Notes: generated by a model from the letters alone, not told the origin. A stretch of DNA of 64,000 bases from Ruditapes philippinarum (GCF_026571515.1 NW_026864086.1:124001-188000); one strand, 5' to 3'. Counted from the first letter of the stretch, positions 1-14,991 are shown. Program-made: numbers and translations.

Positions 1-3000
1 TTTTCTGGTAATAAATACATTTGTAGTCAAATATTAGGCAGCTGTCAAACATGTATCCAACATGTTTCCATAGAATATACAAATAAAACTGACACTGTTC
101 AGAACCGGAATATACAATTAACTGGTTATCATTTATACTTGTAACTTCTGGACTAGAAGAGAACATGTTTTTTCTGGACAAGAAGAGAACATGTTTTTAC
201 AAGAACTGGTTATGGTACGTCCTTAAAATTATAAACAAATATCATTGACAGATAATTTCTTCGTACGTGCATTATGTCTTATAACACAATCTTATTTACA
301 TACTTATAAGTATAATGCATACATTTGAAATAATTTCATTTAGATATTTCAATATATGTTTAAATGTTCATAATTATTTTCTTAATTTTTATATATGATT
401 TCAAATTCGAATGTAATCAGTTTAAATCATCATTACTGGATAATTATATACACAATTTCAGGGTTTGGCTTTTAGCTTTGATACTAATTCGGTATTGATG
501 TTGGATGTGATCATCATATTTTACAATAAAATTTATTTTGAATTTGTAACTGTTTACTTAAATTAAATCCATTAGCAACAGCTTCATGTAAAGGTCGCCT
601 TGAAGCAATAGACTAGAAATTATTGTTACTATTAATGATAACTTCATGATGCAATAGCTTTTATTTGTTTAAGATAATAAAAAAAATATGTAGCTGCATA
701 GATTTTGCGGTAATTTATTTCAGGAGTAAATAGTTTTTGCTTGTGGTATCCTGTTAATGTGAGTCCTGCTTCAGCAAGTTCAAGGCTTATCAGTGCTCAA
801 AAGTCAATAAAAGTAAGTAAAATAAGCTTTAAATGATAATTAATGTTTTGGTTTGTTCACAGCTTGTCTGTTCGTGTGCCATTAAAGCCAAGTCATTATT
901 AATTCCCTTTTCTTCAAGTATGTTCAATGGTTATTTTATTATGGACAGCACCTCCTCTTACAAATATGTCGTTGTTACTTCTGAAATGTTGATAATTGTA
1001 CACCGCCCACAATATCCCCACAACCTGAATCTTTGTTCAAAGCTAATGAAAATGAAATTGGAAAAAAATATGTCCTAAAGTTCTTTTGGCAGTTCAATTT
1101 AACAATGTCACCAGCAAGTGGCGTAACTACTATAAGGCCCTACAAGTTGATAAATAAAAGGAGAAGGCAAAAGTTACGAAAAAACAATAAAAATTTTAGG
1201 GGGAAGAGAGGTGTTTGTGCGGGGTTTAAGCCTTAGGTAAAATTGGTACAGGGTTCAAGCTTTATGGTTGAATCATTTGATTATAAAATCTAGGAAACAT
1301 GGAATTAATTTTTTTCTCAGATGTTCAGTGTTGTTATGCTTTATTTGTAAATATAATTTATGTAAATATCGATGATAATTGCCCCCGCCCAAATCCTTCC
1401 CACTCGAAATGATACTACGTCACAACATAACATTGATATCCGTAGGAAGGCTTGCATCAAGAAGACTTCCACCCACTCTGTATGACGACAACCCCTTCCC
1501 GTGTAGATTCGACATATAGGTTAAATATGTTGTTTTTTTTTAAATTATATCTGACTTCTTGGATTTCAAATTGTATCGGCTTTTTTTAAAGTCTGGGCTT
1601 AGTGGCAGTACATTTTTGCTGGATCGCTTGATAGCACTGAAACTCCTGTTTTTAGGATGAATATAAAAGAACTGCTATTAAGGTCAGTTCCCCTGTATAT
1701 GACAGAAACGCTGTTTTGTTTGGTTAGCTTTAGTGTGAATATTAAGAAATCCTTTTGAGCAATATGCAGTAAGTAGTGTTCACTGAACGCAGCAATTCCC
1801 AGTCACGCAGATCCACATGAAAGGCACCGAACAAGATCTGGTCAAATACCTGGCATAAGGGCGGAGAGAGAGAGGGGCTTTAGAGTAAAATTGTATAGAT
1901 CAAGTGTAATATTATATTATAGTCACATAACTGGATAAGCGGACTTATTTTTCAGTTCATGATATTCCAATATAATCTCATATAATTTATATCAATGACT
2001 CAGTTTTATCTTCTATGTAGTCTTGCGCCCCGATGTACTTTCAAAATACAGTCTCTATTAAAGTTTTCAAGGCTAAATCACGATTAAGTTCAAACTAATT
2101 TAAAATCTATATGTGTATGTTTCATTAAATCTACTGAAAAGATTGCATAATAAAAAGCTTTTAATATTGATCCTAGACTACATCGTAGTTGCATGACCGA
2201 AAGAAGTTGGCAGCCCAGAAAATTATGTAATAATTCGGGCCACATTATAAGATTCGTGTACGTTTTTTTATTATCATCTGCCAGCATACATGTACACCTT
2301 ATTTACATATCAATTGATTGCATTTCAGTCATTCATATTCAATGATTGAATATTGCTGCTTTATTTAAGCCTTTGATGGGCTGGGTATATTTTAATGTGG
2401 TAAAGTACGATCGTGATTCAGGTATATTCCTCCTCATAAAACACGCCAATTTGATAATTAGTAGATTAAATTTATTTCTAGATGGGTATTTAATTGATTA
2501 TGTAATTTCACAGTGTAGGGGGGACATATTGTTATTTTTCTTAGGAATTCTTGACCGCGGTAACGTCTTCAATGTTGTCTTTTCTAATTGCATAGGACCA
2601 ACAACTTCAGTACTTTTCCCTTCATACGCGACGCAAAATGGTTCAATGTATTACAGTAATCACAATAGATAAAAATAATACCAATACTTAGAAATACTAA
2701 AAACCTTCATTGGAAACTAAAAATAATAAAAACAGTTGTTGGGGAGCAAAACAAACAACATTGATTTATGTTTTGAAATTTGAAAATCGCCTTTCATCAG
2801 TAATTTAACGACTTTTAAATCTTTGCAATCTAAAAATATTATTCAGAACTTCTCTCTTTCCCTTATCAGAATATTTCCCCGCATTCAATCAATTTTGAAT
2901 TTCACGCATCGATTGACTTTCATATCATATGAAAGATCGTAAAATAATGAGGTTTAATTTAACTAATTAAAAGTTCCCTTATGTCAGACAGACACTTACT

Positions 3001-4176
3001 TATCATGGTTATGTTTTTGTAAAACTCGTCGATACACTTGTAAAAATGACTTCGGGTCTCGATGCTTTGTATCAATGGCTTCAGTAAAGTCTTTAAGTGA
3101 TGACCCTTATGTGGTATTATATTGTGTTATGATTTAAACCCGACATTTAAACAATAAATAGGTTTTATAACAAGACGACGCATTCTTAACACCCTTTCAT
3201 TTACAGCCGATAGAAATGCTTATATACCTTTTTGTCCTTGCTGTGAAAACCAATGAACGCATTGTTCAATTAATTTCTGTCTTGAAATATGTGAAAGCAT
3301 ATAGATATAACTCTAACATGAAATGAAAATATTTTACTAAGAGTTATCTCCTTTAATAAATAAGGATTAAACACAAACATTTTCATTGTGTCAGGGTAAA
3401 AAAAATAGAATTTTTATGTTTAAAAGTATATGAGTCATTTAATCGAAATCGTGCAGATTAAAAGCAATTGTCTGTTGCGTAAATCAAGTTATGTATGCAC
3501 GATTCGAAGACGTCAAGTTGGGCGTTAGCAGTGAAAACTGTCGAATAGGATACGAATTTTTGATTTGTTTTATAAGAAACAATTTGTGTATGTTAAAGAA
3601 GCAATTTATCCATCGATAGAAAAGGCAAAGTATAAAACTGTTGAACTAGTTAGGAAATGCCTATATACAGTACGAATAAGGACTACCAGGCGAATTGTTT
3701 AAGGAAAAATAACATCACTAATATTCGACCGAACCAATTGACCACTAAAAGGTTTTCATCTACTGTTTTACGATTAATTTCGAACAACTGTTTTCAAGAA
3801 TCCGAAGGTATGAGACAAAAACGTTTTGTTCACGCGTTAGAGTAAAGCGCCATGAACTGCTGAAGACACAATGAAAGGTGAGCATAGTATTATTAAAACA
3901 ATTCATTAATGATCATTAATTAGATAAGTCATTTGTGAATAATATTTACATTCATAATATATTATAAATTTTGGAACCTGTGTCACATAAATCAAGCCTA
4001 GTTTTGGTGATATAACTCTTTCTTACTTCTCTTAAAGAGAGAATTTACGAGCAGAAGTTGTACATAATCGTACGAATATTGTTGTGTATCAAAGTGAATG
4101 TCCATAAAGGATTTAAGTGGTATCATGATTAAAAAAGCTATTTAACAGAGATTTTCTTCTTGATGTAGGCGCATAG

Positions 4177-4300
4177 ATTCCAGCACATTAGTGTAGAAGA
4201 TTGAATACTACTTAAGCCGGTGCCTGGGTGTGTGAGAGTTGTTTAAATTTTACACTATCTCTCATGAACATACTTAATCTAAACGAATTTGCAAATCTCA
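4177..4300 (+). ncRNA. element A copy
   Basis: ttgaatactacttaagccggtgcctgggtgtgtgagag...ctctcatgaaca. Stem tgagag/ctctca (4233-4238/4259-4264) is compensatory relative to tgaggg/ccctca. Confidence 0.4.
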
Positions 4301-4534
4301 TATAAGTTATTTTTTCCGTTTTTATTTTAGAATACAAGTATTGTATGTTACTTATTAAAATATTTTTGTATCTGCTTCCAAAACTTTCATATTCTTAACA
4401 CCCTTTCCTTTATACTTAGAGAAAATGCTTACATGTTTTATGCATTGTGCTACAGTGAAATCAAATTAACGCTCTGTTCAATAATTAGTCAGTGATCAAT
4501 TTTGTTAACTGGAAATTCAAATGTACAATTATCG

Positions 4535-4894
4535 TTTATATTATACTTGTAAATGAAATTTTGAGAATTATTGATGAAATAAAATGTTAAAAATTTATTT
4601 TTCACTGTAGTGAAACATATTTTCCGTATTTCACGGGTGTCTTACTGGACAACTTTCTTCTAAATTATGTCAGTACACACAATTTAAGTGAAAGTCTTTC
4701 AAATTGTTATGTCAAAAAAAGAAAAAAAAGTGTATATAATAAAAAGAAAATTCATGTTTTTATCTATAAATACAGGATTTATTTTCTTCTTGCGGTATAA
4801 AAATTATCATATTTCGCTCATGAAATAATTATTTTCATACCACTATATGAAAATAAATCCTGCATTTATAGACAAAAACTTAAATATCCTCTAT
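4535..4894. mobile_element. degenerate hairpin non-autonomous element, same family as 35827-36178
   Basis: Imperfect palindrome at about 4750-4885 (tttttatctataaatacaggatttattttc...gaaaataaatcctgcatttatagacaaaaa). It ends in aatatcctctat, as does the 36.17 kb copy. Left boundary approximate. Confidence 0.55.
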
Positions 4895-7138
4895 CTATGG
4901 ACCTGGCTTATGTGATATACTCACAATATCATTATACAATGATTGTATAATATTGGAATAAATCTTACATGCATAGGTGATAAAACTACTTAGAGTTATC
5001 TCCTCTGAAAAAGGTTTGAATTAAAATAATTTCATGTTTCGGGGTAAAAAATAGAATTATCTGATTTATAACTGTAACATTCATTTATTTTTTTCGATTT
5101 TTAAAGATCGTTCGGCACGAAATAATTGTTGTGTTTTTTATATTTCAGTTTCTTCTATTTGATATTTGTCTTGTTGGGTGGTTCAAGTATTCCTATTTGA
5201 ATACTGTATAATCACCATTATAATATGTTGCCTTCTATTTAAATTGTCTTTTGACGTATGTCCGTTTTTCGGTAGGTTTCATAATTCTGACTCCCTTACA
5301 AAAAAGAATTTGATTTAGCTCCGCCCATAGTTTTCTCGTTCACACGTATTCTTTTAGTTAATGTTTAATTAAAAGTTCCATGATCTCAGCCTTATGCGCA
5401 TATATGCGGATATCTTTTGCCATTGTCAGTGTAATTGTTTAATTCTGCATAAGCCGGTATAAGGTGTCATGACACTACCGACCATGAACAGGCTCAATCG
5501 AAACAAGCCTGCAATATTGTCAATTTTGCGGTTTTGGTTCTTTAAGGATTTTTTTGCGATTAAGTTGCATTAAGTAACAATTTGTTTATGTCTCTTTTCT
5601 TCAACTCAACAGCATGAACATACAAATGTTATGTATAGAATATATAAAGTGGCGGCTCTAAAAAACTTATCTGAAGCAGTTAATAAACAAACCATGAATC
5701 AAACCGTTTTCAACAGACGTAATGCCTCTAGCACATACTGGTTAAAAGGTTAAATTCATCCGCGTGGATTTAATTGAATGTCGGTACAAAACTTTCGTAT
5801 GTTTGATAAGAACAGCGTTCTTGTGTGCCAGAGGTCACATTTGGTGGTAAGGAAATATCATTTAATTAAACCACCATACATTTTTGACAAATAACCGTTT
5901 GCTGTACAGCAACGTTTAACATTTAATTTCTCCGATCTCCATTTTAATTGCAATATTGATGTGTATTACTCTATCGACAATGCAACGCGCAAACTGTACC
6001 AAATCAGCCACCATAAATAAACCAATTCTTACAATTGAGTCACTCGACAATGTGTCATCGCGAGACAACGCGCCGTTTGGCGTGTTTCACTAGCGACAGG
6101 ACGACAAGCGATAACGCGCCATATAAAAGCATTAACACATTTGTAAAAATGGACATTTTTAAATAAAGTGGACAATCATTAAACAAATGACATCATGATT
6201 TAAACTATAATCGAATGCGTTCGATTGCTCTCGTTCGCCAATTGTTGTTTCCTTATTGTTGTCAATGAAATTTATGTCTTTAAAATGGCACAGTATGAAT
6301 AAAATGAAACCTTAGTATTATCTTTTCATGAAACATTAGAAACCGGATCTTTGGACTGAGAATTACCATGTAGAAATAGACATTTACTATGTTATTGAGG
6401 TGGAAAACAATTAATCAGGAGGTATGTTTGACTCGCTAATTATAGTTAATTTGACAGCGCTACAGCGTTATTGTTGTTAATAGGGCAGCTGATTATAAAT
6501 AATCGAAAATAACCTTTCAATAATTTCCGGAAAACGACCACGCAAAATGAACGGAAAATCTCACAATTAATGGTTTGTCCCCACAAATACAACATTTTTA
6601 TTACACGTATTGAACTTTTTATATGTTAAATCGCGGAAAGTTTAAGCCTCCGTTTTTTAATATCTTTGAATAAAATCAACATTTATTGATAAGTTGACCA
6701 ATATATAACCCTCTGCAAGTCATCCTCTTTTTCTGCGTATGATCAATCTTGCGAGACAAAAACTTAAACTAGTTTGTTTTGCAATTAGTTTGCATTAAAG
6801 TCTACGAGAAATATATATAGAAATGATTAAAAAGGATTAAAAGAGAATTTTCATTTTGACACCGTAGAAGATTTTATTAAAACCGTTAGCATTATTTAAT
6901 GCCTTTGTATACAGAATATTCAGTTTCAGTTTGTTAATCTATTTCAAAGACAGTTCTTCAGACATTGTCTTTTTCGTTTTTTTTTAATGTTTGTATGTTC
7001 TTTGTAAATGTAATTATTGCAGAGTTTGGCTCATTGTAGTAAAAAAGATGTTTTAATAGAAATTCCTGAATATGATCACACGGTATTGGTATCTTAAATT
7101 TATGGCGAAACTTTGAACGCTTCACACAAAGTCACGTA

Positions 7139-7756
7139 CGAGGGCTGTTCGAAAAGAATTGCTTATTGTCCTCTATCTCGTGATACACGTGAGACACGAA
7201 AAAAACCAATACATACCTGTATAGGGTAATTCAATACCTACACAACGATGTATAAATGTACATGTTAGACTAAGTGTAAGACATACAATTTGCCATTTAA
7301 ATATACGCAGTCATTGACCACTGTAGTAAAAATGGTTGGTAGAAGCGTCGACAAAAGAGGTGAAATACGGGCTTACATCAAAGCTCGCTCAAAAGTACTT
7401 AACCTCCGCAATAGTTTCGGCGTTTTTGAAAAAAGAAAAAGTAACTGTTTTGCCTCTCCCCCCGTATTCTCCAGACCTTGCCCCATGTGATTTCTTTTTG
7501 TTTCCGAAATTGAAATCCTTCCTTGTTGGGCGAAAATACAAGTCCCGACAGGTACTTGGATCTGACATTCATTTGTACCTTATTACTGTGCCCAAATCAG
7601 CGTACCGTGACGCCTTCAAGAAGTGGATACATCGGCTGAAACTTTGCATTTCTAGCCACGGGGAGTACTTCGAGGGCATGAAATGAACACTTTTGAGCTA
7701 ACTTGAAATTTGAAGTCTCCAGATAGAAATAAGCAATACATTTCGAACATCTCTCG
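7139..7756 (+). mobile_element. Tc1/mariner DNA transposon, internally deleted (non-autonomous)
   Basis: TA at 7137-7138 and 7757-7758 flank imperfect TIRs (cgagggctgttcgaaaagaattgcttatt / reverse complement cgagagatgttcgaaatgtattgcttatt). Transposase fragments lie inside. Confidence 0.93.
7332..7686 (+). pseudogene. mariner transposase remnant (N-terminus joined out of frame to C-terminus)
   Basis: MVGRSVDKRGEIRAYIKARSK (ATG 7332) is followed in another frame by ...LPPYSPDLAPCDFFLFPKLK...WIHRLKLCISSHGEYFEGMK, which contains the mariner YSPDLAPxD motif. The middle of the gene is missing. Confidence 0.92.
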
Positions 7757-8273
7757 TATATTGTTATGTATGCACTAGTTTGTAATTAGCATTTATTACT
7801 GTAATACGAGGTCTGACATAATGATATATTGATAAGCTAATTTCGTGTCACATAATATATCTCTCTGGAATGTATAATAACGTCTCCCAAACATTGTTGT
7901 GTGGCTTATTAGATGATAATAACGGTACACTAACTTTAGTTAATTGTTCTTAATTGGATTGTTTTGATATGACATTTTTATGTTTCGACTTGAATATTGT
8001 TTGAGATGTCAAATGTGCCAGAAATGAAATTAAAAGAACGGCATGTAGCTTTCTGTTTTCATTATACATAGTTATCATATTTTCAAAATTTCTATCCTTC
8101 ATTCTGTTAATTTATTTTTATCAGTCATTCAATACCAGGGAACTTCAGTCTTACATTGATTTTAATTGGATTGAAACCAAGAGAAAAGACGGTGCGTAAC
8201 TGTCATATAGACCCAATTCTGTCTTTTGGTACAGGTTAAATTATATTTTTAATCTACCCTGTTTACTCTTTTC

Positions 8274-8420
8274 TTAAAAATATATGACTTGGTGCACAAG
8301 AATAACCCTTGTGATTTTAATGCTTCTTCTATTCATGATTCACAGAAACCATTGAATCATACACTCATCACGGACAATATATCAGTTCAGATTTTCTTGT
8401 GCACTGAAGCAGATATACCT
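8274..8420 (+). pseudogene. possible LRR C-terminal cap relic
   Basis: LKIYDLVHKNNPCDFNASSIHDSQKPLNHTL resembles the LRR-CT LxLxxNPWxCxC pattern by eye only. Confidence 0.25.
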
Positions 8421-11389
8421 TTTTTTTAAAAAAAGTGTTTTGTCCATTTCTCACTCTCAAGTGAATAGAAAATACATGGTTACAAGAAATGATAAATTGC
8501 AATGGTAACAACAACAGTAAAATTTTGCAATTTATCGATTCAGTCGGTGCCGAATAGTGAGTTAACAATGCTAATTTAAGCCAGCCAATATGAGAACACA
8601 GATTAGCAAGAAAAGGGACGATTCAAAGAAGGCATGCCTAAAGAAAGTTCACTGGCAGGGGCCCAGCAGAACATCAAACAAACAACAGGAGAGAAAGCAC
8701 AAGGGCGACATTAATTAAATAGCATGCGACTGACTGACGTCACGTGCTGTGTGGTTGATTGAACTTCCATTAGTGCTACTATATTTTTCTAGTCCTTCCA
8801 TTGATTCTAGCACGTAAGTGTTGATGATTAAATGCTGCTTAATATGATGCTAAGGGCTTGAGGGATGTTGCACTTTTTTATTTTTTCTCATGAACAGACT
8901 CAGTCAAACCTCGCCAATTTTCATATTAAATTGATGTTTTTCGTGCTTCAGAGGATCACCATTTTTACAGACTTTTATGTAGAATTAAAAGAGAAGCAGT
9001 ATATCGTTTAGTTTGATTTCGCCTCAACCAGTATATATCTAAGATAACCTGTCTGCTTTGAGAACTTATTGTGTCACACTGAAATAATGAAATAAGGGTG
9101 CAACAGATTTAATATGATGTGCTCAAAGAAAGAAAGGAATGGAATCATATAAGAGACATGACACTTTTTAGAAAAAGTCAATTCATTAAAAAAAAAAACA
9201 CAAAAAAGAACAAAACATATTCAAGGCAGTCGTGTCAAATGGCATGTATGCTATATATGTATAATCTTGTTATTATTTTTTCCTCTCCGAAAGTCGTATT
9301 GTTGTAAAGATCTCAATTATCTTTGAGACTGGTGTCATTTGTAGTTTCACAACAGGGCTTTTAACTATTGGTACCAACTTTATTGCTCTTGAATTAGATT
9401 GCTCATCTCATTTTTTACGAATGAATGCCACGTCACATCTGAATCGATTATTGTTGAATTGCTTTATAGGGAGTATCACAATTTATTAGATTATTTAAAG
9501 TATTGTTTGATATGATACGTAAAAAACGTTTTGATATAATTTATCATGTCTCAAAATAGAATAACATGCCTTTTTAGACCAGAAACTAGAATTATTTTGG
9601 AAACTTTTATGACATTTATTAAACGTAACACAATTGCTCTTGTGGCAAATGATTCATACGAGGATCGATCATGTTCGCGTGACATCATATCTTTGTAAAT
9701 ATGTTTATATTTTCCTGCAAGATTCATTGCATGTCCTTTGCTTTAAATAAACAGAAGATATTTTACCGATATTGATAACTATTTTCTTTATCTCGTATGT
9801 CGGTTAAAACGAAATAATGTTCTAATTCGCAACTGTTCTTACAGCTTTATATATTTATTGATTGAAACAATATGATAAAAAAATATATCCGTGTTGTTCT
9901 TTGATATACAAAGAGTAAAAATCTGAACATCTGGAAAAACTACAACAAAAGCTGAAAGTTTACCTAGCTTGAAATCTAAACATAATTGGTCTCAGATTCC
10001 ATTTTGTTTTCTTCCTTGCAAAACTATTATGCTAGGCAATAGGAATTATCTACATTTCTACCTTTTAATCTTTTATATACTTGATTTCGTGAGGTCAGAA
10101 TCTATGGTAGAAAATCTTGAAATTGAGTATAAGTGTGCTTGATTTTTAAAAAGATGCACCAATAGGGGTTTAAACTTTTGATGTAATACTCCGTTAGCTG
10201 GAATCATTTTTAACTTATCATAATTATTATAGTTGAAATAATTGTATTAACAAAGAAAGATAATGGTCTTTGAAATCGGGAAAATATCTGTAAATTTATT
10301 ATTTCTGGTTCCTTTTGCAGTTAGAGAAATATGGTAGAAGGAGTGGCTTATTATTTGTCTACGATACTGCCAAAGAATTGAATGATTCATAAATTTCGTA
10401 TATTAAATCGGAATATGTAATAAATTAATAAATTGATACAAAGAATTACAATAATTGACAAAAGTGTGGCATTTATGGAAATAAAGTAAAATTACCTACA
10501 ATATTATTCCAATTTTATTACCCCTGTTTGACCATATATGATTTTATGACCGTCGTCTCTGCCAGAAACAGTTAATGCGGAATAAGAGAATAAAGATTAA
10601 GATTTATTTAAGATGTTTCATGCGCATCAAAATGACACAAAAAGGGAAAAACAACAACAAATGACCCGGAAGTTTTTTTTTTTTTTGCAATTCCAGAATT
10701 AATAGCATATAATGTTCCTTTCTTTAGAAACATTTAAGGATCGCGTAATCAATCATCAGAATTATCACTTTTTATCATTTAAAAAAATAATGTTGTATGA
10801 TCACGTGATCTTTACGATTTCCAAACAATAGAAGCATTTATACGTGTATAACAATGTATAAAAGTGTCGCCTTTTCTGGAACCCATTCCAGTTTGATGGT
10901 ATATTAACATTTCTATAAAATGTATCTGAATTATATAGATTTTAAATAATAATGCTTGAATGGTTAGCGTCTGTACAAAGTGTAGAACTACAAATTTATA
11001 GTTTTATTTGAAACAACATCAGTCTATATAATTACAATACAAAAAATAAAACAAGTATAACAATATATGAATATCACTGCAAGAATAATTTGGCAATAGC
11101 TCTTTTTGGCGTGGCAGTGATTTTTGTTGAAAGTCTGAGCATTGTGCCCAAAACAATTGACATATTTAAAGAAACATGAAATTGAAACATTTTGGTTGGT
11201 TATACCCTTATATTATTCACCACCCTACATAATTATTACCGCTTCGGTCTGATTGTATTAAACCACAATCATGATTTCAAGAATCCCTTTATATACTACT
11301 TTGGATCGGTTTTACGGCACTATTTCATACTCGGAATAATGAATTCCAAGCTAAGTCCAAAATTTCGAAGTCATGCTGTCTTAAAGCAG

Positions 11390-11540
11390 GACTTCTGTGA
11401 AAATCTGGAAGAAAGGTGATCTCTCGTAAGCATTGATCACAACAAAATTGCATGCACACTGCAGACTCGGTTTGATTGAATTTGTACAAGAGGGTAATGA
11501 GAAAGTGCAACATCCCTCATGCCCCCTAGCACCGGCTTTT
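11390..11540 (-). ncRNA. element A copy (close relative of the 38.1 kb copy)
   Basis: Minus strand gccggtgctagggggcatgagggatgttgcac...caatcaaaccgagtctgc...gtgatcaatgcttacgagagatcac. Confidence 0.4.
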
Positions 11541-12244
11541 TAATTTGTATAAAATAAAATAAAAGGTATATTTTATTACATAGTTGTTGTGATAAGAAAT
11601 TCACCAATATTCCATTTTAATTCTTATATACTGTGCTTAAGTTCATGAAATGTTTACCGTTCATTTGTATCACTACAATACACATATTTAAAACGAAATG
11701 AATGGTCAATAGGTCAAACATATAATGTATAAACTTTGAGTTAATTAAATTTTGTAAAAAAAAATTAAATAAACATTATTTTGCCCCATAATATCTTATT
11801 CAGTTTATGGTAAATGTTCATGTTTGTTAGGCATTTTATGTTACAACTCTTTTACTACCTAATTTTACGGTTTATGAATTTAATTTAAAAAAACAAAAAA
11901 AAACAACAAAAAACAACAACAACAACAGAGAAAGAAATTCATTTGACATAGCTTTATACCCCATATATAATAAACAGTTTGTTTATCTATAACTTTATGG
12001 ATTTATGATACTGCTTGATATTATAAATAAATTCAGAGTATAAAACATCAAGGAATTGAGATACTCTTTATGCTTTGCTTTGAACTGACAGCTCTAACAA
12101 GCATATTGAATGTAAGCGTGAAAGAAGAAGTCTATTGAAAACAAACATTCACTAAATACCTTCCTGGTGAGAGTAAAGTCAAATACTGTTTCTGATTAGT
12201 ATGTAGTTTTTTCTGTGTTTCAGAAGAGTTGCTTGTTTTTTTAT

Positions 12245-12483
12245 TTGAGCCGCGTCACAACAAAACCAACATAATGGGTTTGCGACCAGCATGGATCCAG
12301 ACCAGCCTTCGCATCCGCGCAGTCTGATCAGGATCCATGCTGTTCGCTTACCAACCCTTTTACAAGTCGAGAAACTGATAGCGAACAGCATGGATCCTGA
12401 TTAGACTGCGCGGATGCGCAGGCTGGTCTGGATCCATGCTGGTCGCAAACCCATTATGTTGGTTTTGTCGTGACACGGCTCAA
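12245..12483. mobile_element. fold-back MITE (about 240 bp, near-perfect palindrome)
   Basis: ttgagccgcgtcacaacaaaaccaacataatgggtttgcgaccagcatggatccagaccagcc... pairs with ...ggctggtctggatccatgctggtcgcaaacccattatgttggttttgtcgtgacacggctcaa. Arms about 105 bp, spacer about 30 bp. Confidence 0.9.
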
Positions 12484-13055
12484 TTTTTGTTTCACAACAG
12501 GGAGATGCGTCATAAACACAGTCAGACCATAGGTGAGACGAATTAGTGTTCAACATTTACACCTAATAAAGTCTTTATATCATGTTTGCTAATTGAAACA
12601 TTTGGAAGGTTAATGATGATTGTAAGATGAAAATGATAATATATGTCTTTATAGCTTAAACTATATGATCACTTTATTCTGATAATATTTAATCAATGTA
12701 AATTTTAGACATGATAAAAAGGGTTATGGTTTACTTACGATAACTTGAAGAGACATTCAACACAATGGTCGGAGAAGAAGATAAGATGTGATGAAACCAA
12801 CGAAAAAGGAAAGGTTGAATTACACCTTTATGTTTATTAGATATGTTTTCAATTTAAAACATTAAAATATTAAAAAATGCAAATACTACTACTTCATATA
12901 ATAATCATCATCATTGTTCGTTTAAATGGTCAATTCATATAGGCATGATTGAAATAAATATAAAGAATAATTTGCTTTTGAAATTATGTATTCATATATT
13001 TCCTAATTTATAAACATCATTGTGACGTGTTATAACATTTAATATACTTAAATGT

Positions 13056-13648
13056 TATTATATATTATACAAATATGGACTTTTTAGCTGTTGAATATGA
13101 TGTGATATGTACTGAAAAAATTAATATTGACCGAGGCGATAGCCGAGGTCAATATTAATTTTTCAGTACATATCACATCATATTCAACAGCTAAAAAGTA
13201 CATATCTGTTTTATTATATAATTTATAAATAGCTTTTATATGGCTTATCACATCTGCCATTGCATACGACGGAAATCATTATTATACAGCTTGTCTACTG
13301 TTTCCATAATTTGGCCCTTTCCATTGGCATGCTAATCCCTATTGTTCTTAAAAATGTAAAACGTTAACTAAAATAGACTAATTTGACTCTAATGTACACC
13401 CCACTCAACGTTTTTTCAGAATAATAACAACAAACTTGGCGTGACGTCACGTCAAAGTCTCGCGTCTTTTAGGGATTTCCAGAAAATCTATTTTTAGAAG
13501 AAAAACCGGTGAATATACTCTGAAAATCTATTTTTAGAAAAAAAAACAGTGAATATACTCTGATATTGACCTGTTATTTTTTACAAAAAGTTGCTTGTTA
13601 GCCAATCAGGGAAAGGCATTTCAAAGCTATTTATAGATTATATAATAA
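13056..13648. mobile_element. hairpin element with internal complementary region (Crypton/tyrosine-recombinase-type non-autonomous, inferred)
   Basis: Near-perfect arms 13074-13132 and 13147-13204 surround CCGAGG-cgatag-CCGAGG. Internal ttattatataatttataaatagcttt (13211-13236) matches the reverse complement of the right end aaagctatttatagattatataataa (13623-13648) with one mismatch. Confidence 0.7.
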
Positions 13649-14991
13649 TATAATCTATTGAATATCTTATTATTTGCAAATAAATAAATGTTAAAGAATA
13701 AATTGTTACCGCATGTTTATACATGGGCACATTTATTTAGATTGTATAAATATCGTATAATGCTATTTTCTGCCAAGTTATCAATAATTATTTACCAGGA
13801 TAAACTTTTACGAGAGCGATGTATCAAGGTCACGTGATCCTATGTAAAATGACGTCATATCATTAATAAAATACCCTTTGTGACATACAACTTAATTTGT
13901 CAAAAATAGCAAAAATCACATTGAGTGATGAAAGCATTTTGATGATTCAATTTATAAAACAAAACTTTCAACGAATCTTTCAATTATATCACATATATAG
14001 TGTATGATATAAATCATTTTACACATTCTGCAATATAAAACTAATTAAAACATGAAATAAAGAATGCTTCATAAACATGATATTTTACAAGCTTTTTATC
14101 TCAAAAAAGCCATTTGTTTATTATCAAAATCATAAGAATTTCAAAATGATTGTTTACAAATGCCTTACTTTAGCTATGTTATATATTTTATAAATACGTA
14201 GTCACTATAGTGAAACGCACAAACAGAGAAAGTCGTACAACACTTTATATTAGACTTGGATTTATTGAGCCTGTTAATAAAACGCAATAATATGTCAGTT
14301 TTGAATTGAAACCTTAAATTCCATTTAATTAGCAATTTCATTCCTGCATTTTCTTTCAGTTTTGGAAATGCCATTGTGAAATAAATTATACGCCATTTAT
14401 AATAACTTGTCTGGTTAACTCCTGTTATCATTAATTTTGTTGTTTATTTATTACAACACCATCATAAACAATTTAATACCATCTGGAGAACATCGGATGA
14501 ATCTATCTGTTCTGAGTCTTTAATTCATACGCAAAAAATAATGCGGAAGCGCATTCAGTATATGAAGATAACGCTTTACTTTAAAAGCATCAGTAGTGTG
14601 CTTCACTACAAGAAGGGACGAAGTACCTAAAAGCAATAAAGATCTTTTAATGATAAATCAATTTTGTTGTGATTAATTGTTATTCTTTTATAACCTCATT
14701 TGAATTTTAGATGTAGATATTTTAGATAATTACTTGTATTAACTCCTACAAGTTTCCTTGAAATGGAGAAACGGTGTATAGTTTAATTGTTGTGTTATCA
14801 AATAAGATGGATAAACCTTCGCTGGTATGCGTTATAACTAATATCAACTCTGATATGATACCAGATGGATATTGGTTTGTATCCGACAGGAATAAATAAA
14901 TAATTAAATATAGAAATAATAATAATAAAATAAAATAGTAAAAAACTTTAGCATATGATAAGTTCAGCCGAAACGAACAGTTGTTGAAACA

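Noticed and set aside
4201-4230. 5' part of element A (gaatactnc.taagccggtgct) resembles the 5' half of twister ribozymes (UAA-CACU-GC-n5-CCGG-U...)
   Set aside because: The required 3' half (AGC-CCGG, P2', GA plus pseudoknot strand) is absent, so it is not a canonical twister. Partial likenesses to the TPP riboswitch, RNase P and the CTCF motif also fail on key positions.
14775-14830. NKxD GTPase G4-like motif (LIVVLSNKMDK; LIIVGYNKTD at about 19820)
   Set aside because: No P-loop or DxxG motif found nearby, and the frames are broken.
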